From: a bacterium
GTDB lineage: Bacteria; Krumholzibacteriota; Krumholzibacteriia; LZORAL124-64-63
Length of the DNA stretch: 64,000 nt
Direction of reading: 5' to 3'
Assembly (NCBI GenBank): GCA_018829565.1
Contig: JAHJTW010000061.1
Location: forward strand, 119-64,118
Position numbers and translations under genes: made by a program. Under the pieces are notes generated by a model, which searched no databases, was not told the DNA's origin, and saw nothing but the letters and a program-made list of their open reading frames with translations. Positions 47,121-55,905 of the stretch are shown here, in pieces. Numbering within the stretch: the stretch's first letter is position 1; the number at the start of each line of letters is the position of its first letter.

Positions 47121-48883
47121 CAGCCCGCACCCAGGATCTCGAGCCCTCCGGCGAGATACAGTTCGCGGCTTTCCCCCCGCCTGATCTTGCCGCTGGAGGT
47201 GCGCGGAATGCCGCCGGGCTTGACCATCACCAGGTCGTGGAGCTGGAGTTCGTGATCCAGGGCGACCTGGTCCCGCACCGCAGAGAGGATCTGCCCGGCC
47301 AGTTCACCGTCGGCCTCGGATCTCAGGCGGTGGAAGAAGGAGCGGCTCACCTCTGCCACGACGACCAGCTTCTCCTGTTCGCCGTCGTCGACGGCGAAGG
47401 CGGCGGTGCCGTTGGCGGCGATCCCCTCGTGCGCCTCCTCCACGCTCAGCTCGACGTCGTTGGGATAGTAGTTGCGGCCCCGGATGACGATCAGGTCCTT
47501 CAGCCGGCCGGTGATGAACAGCTCGCCCCCGCGCAGGAAACCAAGGTCTCCGGTCCGCATGAACGGGCCGCGTCCGGTGTCCAGCCGGGCCCCGAAGGTC
47601 TCCCGGCTTCCGGCCTGGTCGTTGAAGTAGCCGCGCGCGACGCTTTCCCCGCCGACCCAGATCTCTCCGATCTGCGAATCTGCGCACACCGCTGCGCTTT
47701 CCGGTTCCACCACGAGGACCTCGAGGTCGGTGGCAGCCCGCCCGCAGCCCACCAGCTGGCGGGAACCCGCACCGGGCAGGCGCCGGGTCTGGATCCGGTT
47801 TTCGGTCAGCGCCCCGCCGTCGACCCTCACGATCTCCGGCTGCCGGGGACGCGGCCCGCCGGTGGCGATCAACGTCACCTCGGCGAGACCGTAACAGGGA
47901 AAGAAGGCCTCCTTGCGGAATCCGTACCGCTCGAAGGCCTTCGCGAAGCGTTGGAGGGTGCCGGCCCGGACCGGCTCGGCGCCCACGTACGCCACCTGCC
48001 AGCAGGAAAGGTCGAGATCGAGCCCCCCATCCGCCGCCGCAGCGGCCTGGGCGCACAGATCGAAGGCGAAGTTGGGTCCCCCGCAGGTCGTTCCCCGGTA
48101 CCGCGAGATGGCCTCGATCCAGGCGAGGGGCCGCTTGAGGAACGCCAGCGGAGGGATCAGGTAGGTCGCGCCGCCGGCGTAGACCGGCTGCAGGAGGTTG
48201 CCGAGCAGGCCCATGTCGTGGAAGACCGGCAGCCAGGCCACGCCGACCAGGTCGGAGTCGTGCTCCATGGACTCGAGAATGGCCCGCTCGTTGTGCATGA
48301 TGTTGCCGTGGCTGACCATCACGCCCTTGGGCGCGGCGGTGCTGCCGGACGTGTACTGCAGGAAGGCGATGGCCTCCGGGGGGAGGGGGACTTCCCGCCA
48401 GGCGTCGGCGCCGTCGGGACCCACGGCATCGGTGGCGATCACGGCCATCGCACCCGGCGCCAGCTGGTTCACCATGGCCTCGACGCCCGCGGCCACCTCG
48501 GCCACGGTCAGGATCGCAGCCGGGCCGCAATCCTTCACGATCCCGATGAGACGGCCGTCCAGCTGGTTCTTGCGGGGAGGATAGGCCGGCACCGCGATCA
48601 TCCCCGCATAGAGGCAGCCGAAGAAGGCCGCGGCGAATTCCAGGCCGGGCGGGTAAAGCATGAGCATCCGGCTGCCGGGCTTGAACCGCTCCTGGAGGGC
48701 GGCGGCGATGGCCCGGGCCGAGGTGTCGAGCTGCGCGTAGCTGAGGCCGTCGGCCTCGTTCACGCCGTCCCGCAGGAAGCCGTAGACCTGTTTCTCCGGA
48801 GTCTCGTGCGCGCGGCGTCGCAGGACGGCCGCCAGGTCCCCCTCCGGCGGGTTCAGGTCGGGACGCGGGGCGGGCAGACTCAT
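47120..48883 (-). CDS. fatty acyl-AMP ligase (FAAL)
   Basis: LSYAQLD..ARAIAAAL, MLMLYPPGLEFAAAFFGCLYAGMIAVPAYPP, YTSGSTAAPKGVMVSHGN, GDLGF..GELFITGRLKDLIVIRGRNYYPNDVE. ATGA coupling to the ACP gene. Confidence 0.85.
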   Translation of the reverse strand: MSLPAPRPDLNPPEGDLAAVLRRRAHETPEKQVYGFLRDGVNEADGLSYAQLDTSARAIAAALQERFKPGSRMLMLYPPGLEFAAAFFGCLYAGMIAVPAYPPRKNQLDGRLIGIVKDCGPAAILTVAEVAAGVEAMVNQLAPGAMAVIATDAVGPDGADAWREVPLPPEAIAFLQYTSGSTAAPKGVMVSHGNIMHNERAILESMEHDSDLVGVAWLPVFHDMGLLGNLLQPVYAGGATYLIPPLAFLKRPLAWIEAISRYRGTTCGGPNFAFDLCAQAAAAADGGLDLDLSCWQVAYVGAEPVRAGTLQRFAKAFERYGFRKEAFFPCYGLAEVTLIATGGPRPRQPEIVRVDGGALTENRIQTRRLPGAGSRQLVGCGRAATDLEVLVVEPESAAVCADSQIGEIWVGGESVARGYFNDQAGSRETFGARLDTGRGPFMRTGDLGFLRGGELFITGRLKDLIVIRGRNYYPNDVELSVEEAHEGIAANGTAAFAVDDGEQEKLVVVAEVSRSFFHRLRSEADGELAGQILSAVRDQVALDHELQLHDLVMVKPGGIPRTSSGKIRRGESRELYLAGGLEILGAG

Positions 48884-49218
48884 GCGATGGACCTGCCCAG
48901 ATCCAGCTTGCCGACCAGGAATTCCACCAGAGAATCGATGGTCGGGTAGTCCCACAGCAGGGTCGGCTCGAGCTCGACGCCCAGGGACTTCTCCAGCAGA
49001 CCGGTGAACTTCATCGCCTGCAGGGAATCGAATCCGAGCTGGGCGAAGGTCTTGGCGGTGTCGATGTCCTGCGGGGCCACCTGGGCCAGACCGGCGACCG
49101 CCGTCACCAGACCCCTGCGGACCTCATCCTCGCTTCGCGGCATGCGGTCGAAGACCAGGCCTTTCTTCCGGCGTCCCAGCCCCACCACCGAAAGCACTTT
49201 CGTTACCATTGCACCCAT
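48880..49218 (-). CDS. acyl carrier protein
   Basis: GAGGAG RBS. FAQLGFDSLQAMKF is the phosphopantetheine Ser motif. Only the last 112 codons of track ORF 48880..50073 are used. Confidence 0.85.
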   Translation of the reverse strand: MGAMVTKVLSVVGLGRRKKGLVFDRMPRSEDEVRRGLVTAVAGLAQVAPQDIDTAKTFAQLGFDSLQAMKFTGLLEKSLGVELEPTLLWDYPTIDSLVEFLVGKLDLGRSIA

Positions 49219-49268
49219 TCGGATCTCCTCGGTTGGACCGGCACGCAGGCCGGCGGGTATGCGCCGCC

Positions 49269-50231
49269 TCAGGCGACGGCGCGATCGTCGCCCAGCGCTG
49301 CCTTGCGCTTGTCTTCCGGCGTCTCCACCACGTTCCAGACCAGACCGACGGCCTTGAGCATCCGGATCACCAGGGCTCCCAGATCGGGCTCGTACCAGCG
49401 GAAACCGTGAAAGGCGTCCCGCGGAAACGCGTGGTGGTTGTTCTGCAGTCCCTCGCCGCAGCCGACCAAGGCCACCAGCAGGTTGTTGGTGCTGTGGTCC
49501 CGGGTGCGGTGCACGTAGGGGCGCAGGCCGACCATGTGGCAGATCGAACCGACGCACCACAGCACGTGATCCACCACGCAGATCCGGACCAGGCCGCCCC
49601 ACAGGAATCCCAGGAACGCTCCCTGCCACGAACCCGCGATGAGGCCCCCGGCCACCGTCGGCAGGAGCAACCCCAGGAAGAAGAAGGGGAAGTAGAGCTG
49701 ATGGATCCTGAACACCTGCCGGTCGTTCATCATGTCCCGCGCAAACATCCCCCAGTTGCTGATCCGGTCGGAGAACATCCAGGCGATGTGGCCCTGCCAG
49801 AATCCCTTGATCACCCGCCACAGGCCCGATCCCTCGACGAGCTGGGGCGAATGGGGATCGCCCTCCTGGTCGCTGAGCCGGTGGTGGCGGCGATGGGTGG
49901 CCACCCACCAGATGATCGGCCCCTGACCCGCCATGGATCCCAGCGCCCCCAGCACCATGCGCATGGCGGGACTGGTATCGAAGGACCGGTGGGCAAAATG
50001 GCGGTGGAATCCCACCGTCAGTCCCATGACCGTCAGCAGGTATCCCGTCAGGAAGATGCCGATCTCCATCCACCCGATTCCCTGGGTGAAGGCCAGATAG
50101 ATGGCCAGGATGGTGGCGAGGAAAGGCACGACGATGATCAGCCCCGCGACCGTCCGCAGACGGCGCCGCTCGGTCGGACCGGCCACCGTATAGGGCGACA
50201 TGTCCAGGCCGGGCATGGTTTCGTTGGCCAT
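49269..50231 (-). CDS. membrane fatty-acid desaturase (Delta9/stearoyl-CoA desaturase family), copy 1
   Basis: Three His boxes: HRHFAHR, HRRHH, HNNHHAF. Four hydrophobic spans. Confidence 0.85.
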   Translation of the reverse strand: MANETMPGLDMSPYTVAGPTERRRLRTVAGLIIVVPFLATILAIYLAFTQGIGWMEIGIFLTGYLLTVMGLTVGFHRHFAHRSFDTSPAMRMVLGALGSMAGQGPIIWWVATHRRHHRLSDQEGDPHSPQLVEGSGLWRVIKGFWQGHIAWMFSDRISNWGMFARDMMNDRQVFRIHQLYFPFFFLGLLLPTVAGGLIAGSWQGAFLGFLWGGLVRICVVDHVLWCVGSICHMVGLRPYVHRTRDHSTNNLLVALVGCGEGLQNNHHAFPRDAFHGFRWYEPDLGALVIRMLKAVGLVWNVVETPEDKRKAALGDDRAVA

Positions 50232-50234
50232 GAG

Positions 50235-51185
50235 CTAACCCTCCACGGAAGGAGACATGCCGGCGTCAGGCCGGCGTTGACCCTTGAACGACGCGGCGTC
50301 CGGGTAATGGACGTCCCAGGCCAGGTGAGCCCGATCCAGGATCCGCACGATCAGCCCGCACACGTCCAGCTGCCACCAGTGCAGCCGGTTGTCCGCCGCC
50401 CTGGGAAAGGCATGGTGGTTGTTGTGCCAGCCGCCCCCCAGCGAGGGCAAGGCGATGATCGCCAGGTTGCGGCTCTGCTCCCGGGTGGGAAAGGGCCGGC
50501 TGCCGAAACGGTGGCAGAGGGAGTTGACCCCCCAGACGGCGTGGTGCACGAGGAAGATCCTGCCCAGTCCCCCCCAAAGCAGGCCCTTGAACGCACCGAT
50601 CACCGTCCCGTAGTGCAGCAGACCGGCCGCCGCCGGAATCGCCAGGCCGAGAAGCATCCAGACGAAGTAGAGCTGGTTGAGCCGGAACAGCCGGGAATCC
50701 TTGACCAGATCGGGGATGTACCGCAGCCAATCCGACTGGACGGGCTGGAAGAGCCAGCCCATGTGGGCGTGGAACAGACCAGCCAGCCACCCCCGGAAAC
50801 CGGAACCGCTCAGACACGGTGAATGGGGGTCGCCCTCCTGGTCCGAGAAGGCGTGGTGACGCCGGTGGGTGCTGGCCCAGTAGAGAGCCGGCCCCTGGGC
50901 GGCCATGGATCCGAGGACGACCAGGGCGCCTTCGATGAAACCCGTGGTCCGGAAAGCCCGGTGCGAAACGTAGCGATGGAGACCCAGTTCGACCCCGATC
51001 ACCGTCAGGAGGTACATCACCAGCAGGAGAACCCAGTCGAAGGTGGTGACCCCCGTCTCGAAGGCCAGCCAGACGGCCGCGAGGGCGCCGGCGGCAGGCG
51101 TCCACACCACCCCGTGGGTGATGAGGGCCATGGCGCGGCGGCCGGCGGCGTTGGTTTCGAGGGCGCCTGATCCGTTGGATTGCAT
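50235..51185 (-). CDS. membrane fatty-acid desaturase (Delta9 family), copy 2
   Basis: His boxes HRYVSHR, HRRHH, HNNHHAF. ATG at 51185 with GGAGAG upstream. 3-nt gap to copy 1. Confidence 0.85.
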   Translation of the reverse strand: MQSNGSGALETNAAGRRAMALITHGVVWTPAAGALAAVWLAFETGVTTFDWVLLLVMYLLTVIGVELGLHRYVSHRAFRTTGFIEGALVVLGSMAAQGPALYWASTHRRHHAFSDQEGDPHSPCLSGSGFRGWLAGLFHAHMGWLFQPVQSDWLRYIPDLVKDSRLFRLNQLYFVWMLLGLAIPAAAGLLHYGTVIGAFKGLLWGGLGRIFLVHHAVWGVNSLCHRFGSRPFPTREQSRNLAIIALPSLGGGWHNNHHAFPRAADNRLHWWQLDVCGLIVRILDRAHLAWDVHYPDAASFKGQRRPDAGMSPSVEG

Positions 51186-51262
51186 GGAATGGCTCTCCGG
51201 AAGCCTGGAAATCGTGAATATCGTCCCCCACACCGACCCGACCCTGACTTTGATTCGGGATT

Positions 51263-51285
51263 AATCATATCCTTTTTATATGATT
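51263..51285. promoter_or_regulatory. AT-rich palindrome upstream of the desaturase operon (candidate operator)
   Basis: AATCATAT-7 nt-ATATGATT. Confidence 0.3.
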
Positions 51286-51301
51286 TTGGCTATCAAAATT
51301 A

Positions 51302-51425
51302 TTGTGCCGTCGAAATTGTGCTTCCCCAAAAAATGACCGCATATTCAGTATGTGGGGTCAATAATTTGAATATTTTCTCAAGTATTTGCCCGATTATTCG
51401 GCCGAACACAGTTTCGACGGCACAA
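51302..51425. repeat. 124-bp AT-rich unit bounded by 19-bp inverted repeats
   Basis: TTGTGCCGTCGAAATTGTG (51302-51320) versus CACAGTTTCGACGGCACAA (51407-51425). 18/19 bases are complementary, with a perfect 14-bp core. Confidence 0.7.
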
Positions 51426-51433
51426 CCCCGGCG

Positions 51434-52138
51434 TCAGCGGGAGGGAAAAAGTGCCACCAATTCCCCGATTCCGTCGATCACCAGGTCCGGCCCCGCCGCC
51501 CGGATCAACCCCGGCGCCGTCAACCCGTAGGTACACCCCACCGAGACCGCCCCGAAGGCCCGGGCTGCGTTGATGTCGTTGGGGCTGTCCCCCACCACGA
51601 CGATCTCGGCGGCGGGAACGTCCAGCCCCGCGGTCAACTGCCGGAGATGCCCGGGATCGGGCTTGATCGCCGGAGTCTCGTCCCCGGCCACGACGTTCCG
51701 GAAGGCGTCCTTGATGTTCAGCCCCTGCAGGATCCGGTCGGTGAATGACCGGGGCTTGTTGGTGGCAAGGAGCAGGGGAAAGGACCGGAAGTGCATCAGG
51801 ACGTCCAGCACGCCGGAGTACAGACGGGTGTTGTCCAGGAGGTGGCGGCCGTAGTGGTCGCGGAAGACCCCCAGACCCTCCTCCAGCTTTTCGGGGGACA
51901 CCGGCAAGCCGGCGTCCCCCGTCATTCCGCTGCGCACGTCGTGGCCGAGCATGCGCTTCATCAGGTTCACCACGCCGTCGCCCACATACCCCTGGGCGTT
52001 CTGCACCGGTAACTCCGGCAGGCCGAAGTGCGCCCGCACGAAGTTGGCCGACACCGCGATGTCGAGACCCGAGTCGACCAGAGTGCCGTCCAGGTCGAAG
52101 ATGAAGGCGGCGGCGCGGCGTCCCTTGAACTTGCCCAT
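51434..52138 (-). CDS. HAD-superfamily phosphatase (phosphoglycolate phosphatase-like)
   Basis: FIFDLDGTLVDS (motif I), LATNK, VVGDSPNDI. Confidence 0.8.
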   Translation of the reverse strand: MGKFKGRRAAAFIFDLDGTLVDSGLDIAVSANFVRAHFGLPELPVQNAQGYVGDGVVNLMKRMLGHDVRSGMTGDAGLPVSPEKLEEGLGVFRDHYGRHLLDNTRLYSGVLDVLMHFRSFPLLLATNKPRSFTDRILQGLNIKDAFRNVVAGDETPAIKPDPGHLRQLTAGLDVPAAEIVVVGDSPNDINAARAFGAVSVGCTYGLTAPGLIRAAGPDLVIDGIGELVALFPSR

Positions 52139-52145
52139 GCGTCTC

Positions 52146-52541
52146 CTACCCCGCGATCACGCGGGCCTTGTAACCGTAACGGATGACCTCCCACGCCGGC
52201 CCGTGCTGCAAGCGGCGGAAGACGATCTCCACCTCGGTGCCGATGTCGACCTCGTCGGGCGGCGCCTCGCTGATCATGACGGTCAGGCGCACCCCGTTCT
52301 CCAGCTCGACGATGGCGTTGACGTAGGGTTTCTGGTCGTCGAACTCCGCGGGCGGAATCCACACCGTGGTGCAGGTGACGACCTTGCCGCGCCGCGGCAG
52401 CTCGACGGTTTCGAACTCGCGGGCGAAGCACTTGCGGCAGACCTTGCGCGGGGGGAAGTGGATCTCGCCGCACTTGGTGCACTTGCCGGCCTCCAGGCGG
52501 TAGCGCTGGGGCTTTTCCCGGTGATAACGCGGACTGATCAT
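52146..52541 (-). CDS. DUF35 OB-fold/zinc-ribbon protein (thiolase-HMGCS scaffold)
   Basis: [18 protein letters not shown] zinc ribbon followed by an OB-fold. ATGA overlap with the thiolase gene. Confidence 0.85.
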   Translation of the reverse strand: MISPRYHREKPQRYRLEAGKCTKCGEIHFPPRKVCRKCFAREFETVELPRRGKVVTCTTVWIPPAEFDDQKPYVNAIVELENGVRLTVMISEAPPDEVDIGTEVEIVFRRLQHGPAWEVIRYGYKARVIAG

Positions 52542-53695
52542 TGTTCCACCTCCAGGATGTGCACGGTGCAGCTGCCGCCCGATCCGCCCATGTTCTGGGC
52601 CAGGCCGCGCCGGGGGTTCTTCAACTGGCGCCCACCGGCGTTGCCGGTGAGCTGGGCGTAGAGCTCGCAGATCTGGGCGATTCCCGTGGCCCCCACCGGA
52701 TGACCCTTGCTCTTAAGGCCGCCCGAGGTGTTGACGGGGAACTCGCCGTCGCGCGCGGTCTTGCCGGCTGCGGCCGCGGGCCCGCCCTGGCCGGGCTCGA
52801 AGATCCCCAGTTCCTCGGTGCAGACGATCTCGGCGATGGTGAAGCAGTCGTGGACCTCGGCGAAATCGATGTCCCGGATGGTGAGTCCTGACTGCTTGAA
52901 CGCTCGCTGCGCAGCCAGCGCCACCACCGGAATGGTCGAGGGGTCCTTCCGGTCGTGCAAGGCGATGGCGTCGGTGGCATGTCCCGAACCGATGATCTTC
53001 ACCACCGGCTTGCCCAGCTTGCGCGCGAACTCCACCGGAGCCAGCAGGACGCAGGCCGCCCCGTCGGTCACCGGCGAGCAGTCGAACAGACCCAGGGGCT
53101 CGGCCACCCGGACGGCGCCCAGCACCGTCTTCTCGCTGATCTCCAGGGGGAACTGGGCCTTGGGATTCTTCGCGCCGTTGCGGTGGTTCTTCACCGCGAC
53201 CGCGGCCAGCTGCTGGGGCGTGGTGCCGTGCTTGGCCATGTGCGCCTTGGCGATCATGGCGTACAGGCCGGGGAAGGTGACCCCGTTGTAGGCCTCGTAT
53301 TCCTGATCCGCGGCGGTGGCCAGACAGTAGGTCGCGTCGGCCCCGTCGTTCATCTTCTCCACGCCGCCGGCCAGGACGAAATCGCTGGCTCCGCTGGCCA
53401 CCTCGAGGTAGGCCGCCCGGAAGGCGGCGCCGCCCGAGGCGCAGGCCGATTCGACCCGGGTGGCCGCCAGACCCCGCAGCCCCGCATAATCGCAGAGCAC
53501 CGACGCCAGGTGTTCCTGGCCCACGAACAACCCGCTGGTCATGCATCCGATGTAGGCCGACTGCACCTGGTCCCGGGCCACGCCCGCATCCTCCAGACAG
53601 TCGGCGCAGGCGATGGCGAACAGGTCCCGCAAGGAGGTATCCCAGAGTTCCCCGAAGGGCGTCAAGCCCATGCCGATGACAGCAACGTCTCTCAT
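52538..53695 (-). CDS. archaeal-type acetoacetyl-CoA thiolase
   Basis: [44 protein letters not shown]. 385 aa, SCP-x-like thiolase class. Confidence 0.85.
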   Translation of the reverse strand: MRDVAVIGMGLTPFGELWDTSLRDLFAIACADCLEDAGVARDQVQSAYIGCMTSGLFVGQEHLASVLCDYAGLRGLAATRVESACASGGAAFRAAYLEVASGASDFVLAGGVEKMNDGADATYCLATAADQEYEAYNGVTFPGLYAMIAKAHMAKHGTTPQQLAAVAVKNHRNGAKNPKAQFPLEISEKTVLGAVRVAEPLGLFDCSPVTDGAACVLLAPVEFARKLGKPVVKIIGSGHATDAIALHDRKDPSTIPVVALAAQRAFKQSGLTIRDIDFAEVHDCFTIAEIVCTEELGIFEPGQGGPAAAAGKTARDGEFPVNTSGGLKSKGHPVGATGIAQICELYAQLTGNAGGRQLKNPRRGLAQNMGGSGGSCTVHILEVEQ

Positions 53696-53708
53696 GTCGT
53701 CCTCCTTT

Positions 53709-54758
53709 CTAGACCTCGTTCATGCGGATCTTGCCGCGGTATGCCACGTATTTTCCGTAACCGAGATGGATGCGGCGGTCGGCCAGCAGTCCGCGCACCG
53801 TGGGCGCCAGCCCCTGCACCTTGGGCAACCGGTCGGTGCAGCGCAGGATGAACGAGTCGCTGCCGGCGCCGCTGCCGAACGAGGTGATCAGGATGTGGTC
53901 GCCGGGCTTGGCCACGTCCAGACAGGCCGCCAGCCCGGTGGGCGAAGAACCGCTGTAGGTGTTGCCCATGAGGTTCACCACCCAGCCCTGCTCCATCTGC
54001 TCCTGGGTGAAGCCCAGGGTCTTGCCCGCCTTCAGGGGGAACTTCCCGTTGGGCATGTGGAAGACGGCGTAGCGGAAGTCCGCGGGCTCCATGCCGCTGC
54101 GGTCCAGGATGCCGCGAGTGGCGCTCAGCACGTGGTGGAAGTAGGCCGGTTCCCCGGTGAAGCGCCCGGCATGGCGGGGATAGAACTCCCCCTCGCGGCG
54201 CCAGAAGTCGGGCGTGTCCGAGGTGAACGAGTAGGTGTGCAGGATCTCGGCGACGAGATTGTCACCGCCCATGATGAAGGCCGAACCGCCCGCCGAGGCC
54301 GTGTATTCCAGGGCGTCGCCGGGCGCGCCCTGGCTGGTGTCGGCCCCGATGCCCAGGGCGTACTTCATCTCCCCGCTCTTGACGTGGCTGTAGGCCACGT
54401 ACATGGCCTCGCTGCCGGCCTTGCAGGCGAACTCGAAGTCGGCGACGTGGCATTCGGGGCCGATGCCCAGGGCGTCGATGACCACGGTCCCCGAGGGTTT
54501 CACGGCGTAGGGATGGCTCTCCGACCCGATGTAGCAGGCCCCGATCAGCTGGGGATCGATGCCCGCCCGCACCAGGGCGCTGCGGGCCGCGGCCACGCTG
54601 ATGGTGATGGTGTCCTCGTCGGGACCAGGAACGGTCTTCTCTTCAAGCAGGAGCCCCCGCTTGAAAGCCTCCGCATCCGCTCCCCACTGGTTCGCGATGT
54701 CCTCGGCCTTGATCCTGAAGCGCGGCACGTAAGCGCCATAACCCACAATCCCGTACAT
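53709..54758 (-). CDS. archaeal-type hydroxymethylglutaryl-CoA synthase
   Basis: [43 protein letters not shown]. 349 aa. GGAGAAGGAG RBS at 54767-54776. Confidence 0.85.
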   Translation of the reverse strand: MYGIVGYGAYVPRFRIKAEDIANQWGADAEAFKRGLLLEEKTVPGPDEDTITISVAAARSALVRAGIDPQLIGACYIGSESHPYAVKPSGTVVIDALGIGPECHVADFEFACKAGSEAMYVAYSHVKSGEMKYALGIGADTSQGAPGDALEYTASAGGSAFIMGGDNLVAEILHTYSFTSDTPDFWRREGEFYPRHAGRFTGEPAYFHHVLSATRGILDRSGMEPADFRYAVFHMPNGKFPLKAGKTLGFTQEQMEQGWVVNLMGNTYSGSSPTGLAACLDVAKPGDHILITSFGSGAGSDSFILRCTDRLPKVQGLAPTVRGLLADRRIHLGYGKYVAYRGKIRMNEV

Positions 54759-54848
54759 GGTTGCCACTCCTTCTCCGTTAGGAAAAAAACACCGGGCGCG
54801 ATTGTACCAGCACCGCACCCGGAGCACAAGGCTGGCGAATGGACGTTT

Positions 54849-55661
54849 TCAGCCCAGGGCCACGTCGAGGGTCATCATCAGGGCGAACCCCAGCATGGCC
54901 CCGATGGTGGCCAGGTCGGTGTTCTTCTGGAGCTGGGATTCGGGGATGAGCTCCTCCACGACCACGTAGATCATCGCGCCGGCGGCGAAGCTGAGGGCGT
55001 AGGGCAACAGGGGACGCATCAGCAGCACGGCGCTGGCTCCCAGGACCCCCGCGATGGGTTCCACGATGCCCGAGGCCTGGCCGTAAAGGAAGCTCTTGCG
55101 CCGGGACCAGCCTTCCCGCCTGAGGGGGGCGGCCACCGCCAGACCCTCGGGGAAGTTCTGGATGCCGATGCCCAGGGCCAGGGCCACGGCCGCCCCCATG
55201 CTGGCGGAGTCGACGCCGGCGGCCACGGCGCCGAAGGCCACGCCCACGGCCAACCCCTCGGGGATGTTGTGCAGGGTGATCGCCAGGACCAGCAGGACGC
55301 TGCGATGCCAGCTGGTGCTGATGCCCTCGGCCTCCTCGCGGGGAAAACCCAGGTGAAGGTGCGGCAGGATCTTGTCGATCAGGTAGAGGAAGGCCCCCCC
55401 GACCAGGAAGCCGATCACGGCGGGTCGCCAGCCATCCCCCCCATCCGCCTCGGCCATCTCGATGGCCGGGGCCAGCAGGGACCAGAAGCTGGCGGCGATC
55501 ATGACCCCCGCGGCGAAGCCCAGCATGGCGTCCAGCAGCTTGCGGTTGACGGTCTTGAAGACGAAGATGGTGGCGGCGCCCAGGGCGGTGACGCCCCAGG
55601 TGAACAGGGTGGCGACCAGGGCCTGCTTGACGGCGCCGAGTTCGAGGAACCAGGGGGGCAT
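54849..55661 (-). CDS. ZIP-family divalent metal transporter
   Basis: [13 protein letters not shown] and [14 protein letters not shown] are the ZIP signature pairs. ATG at 55661. Confidence 0.8.
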   Translation of the reverse strand: MPPWFLELGAVKQALVATLFTWGVTALGAATIFVFKTVNRKLLDAMLGFAAGVMIAASFWSLLAPAIEMAEADGGDGWRPAVIGFLVGGAFLYLIDKILPHLHLGFPREEAEGISTSWHRSVLLVLAITLHNIPEGLAVGVAFGAVAAGVDSASMGAAVALALGIGIQNFPEGLAVAAPLRREGWSRRKSFLYGQASGIVEPIAGVLGASAVLLMRPLLPYALSFAAGAMIYVVVEELIPESQLQKNTDLATIGAMLGFALMMTLDVALG

Positions 55662-55905
55662 GCGCTTGGACCTCCGCCCGGAGAGGGCTCGTCGTGAAGT
55701 CCGGCCCGGGCCGTTCAGGTCGCATGCGGTCTGAAGGATCCGGGCCGACGGGGTGACTCCGTCAGGATACCATCGAACACGTCGCCCGCCAACGGGAGGC
55801 TGGAATGAGGATGAACGAGGATGAACCGTTGATCCGGGCCGGCGATGGGGACTATGATCCGGCCAGGGCACCCGTGCCAGAACCATCACCGATCAGGGAG
55901 GAAAG

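Noticed and set aside
49219-50073. Upstream 285 codons of track ORF 48880-50073, and similar extensions of 40550-41869 and 44578-45345.
   Set aside because: These are alternative frames of the desaturase gene, of the 41221-41766 membrane-protein gene, and of the sulfotransferase gene region, respectively. Only the C-terminal parts, which have their own RBS or coupled starts, give sensible proteins (ACP, RGW membrane protein, cupin).
55807-55826. Perfect tandem duplication GAGGATGAAC x2 between the ZIP transporter and putP genes.
   Set aside because: With only two short units, it is most simply a slippage duplication. I saw no Zur/Fur-like palindrome or other supporting signal.
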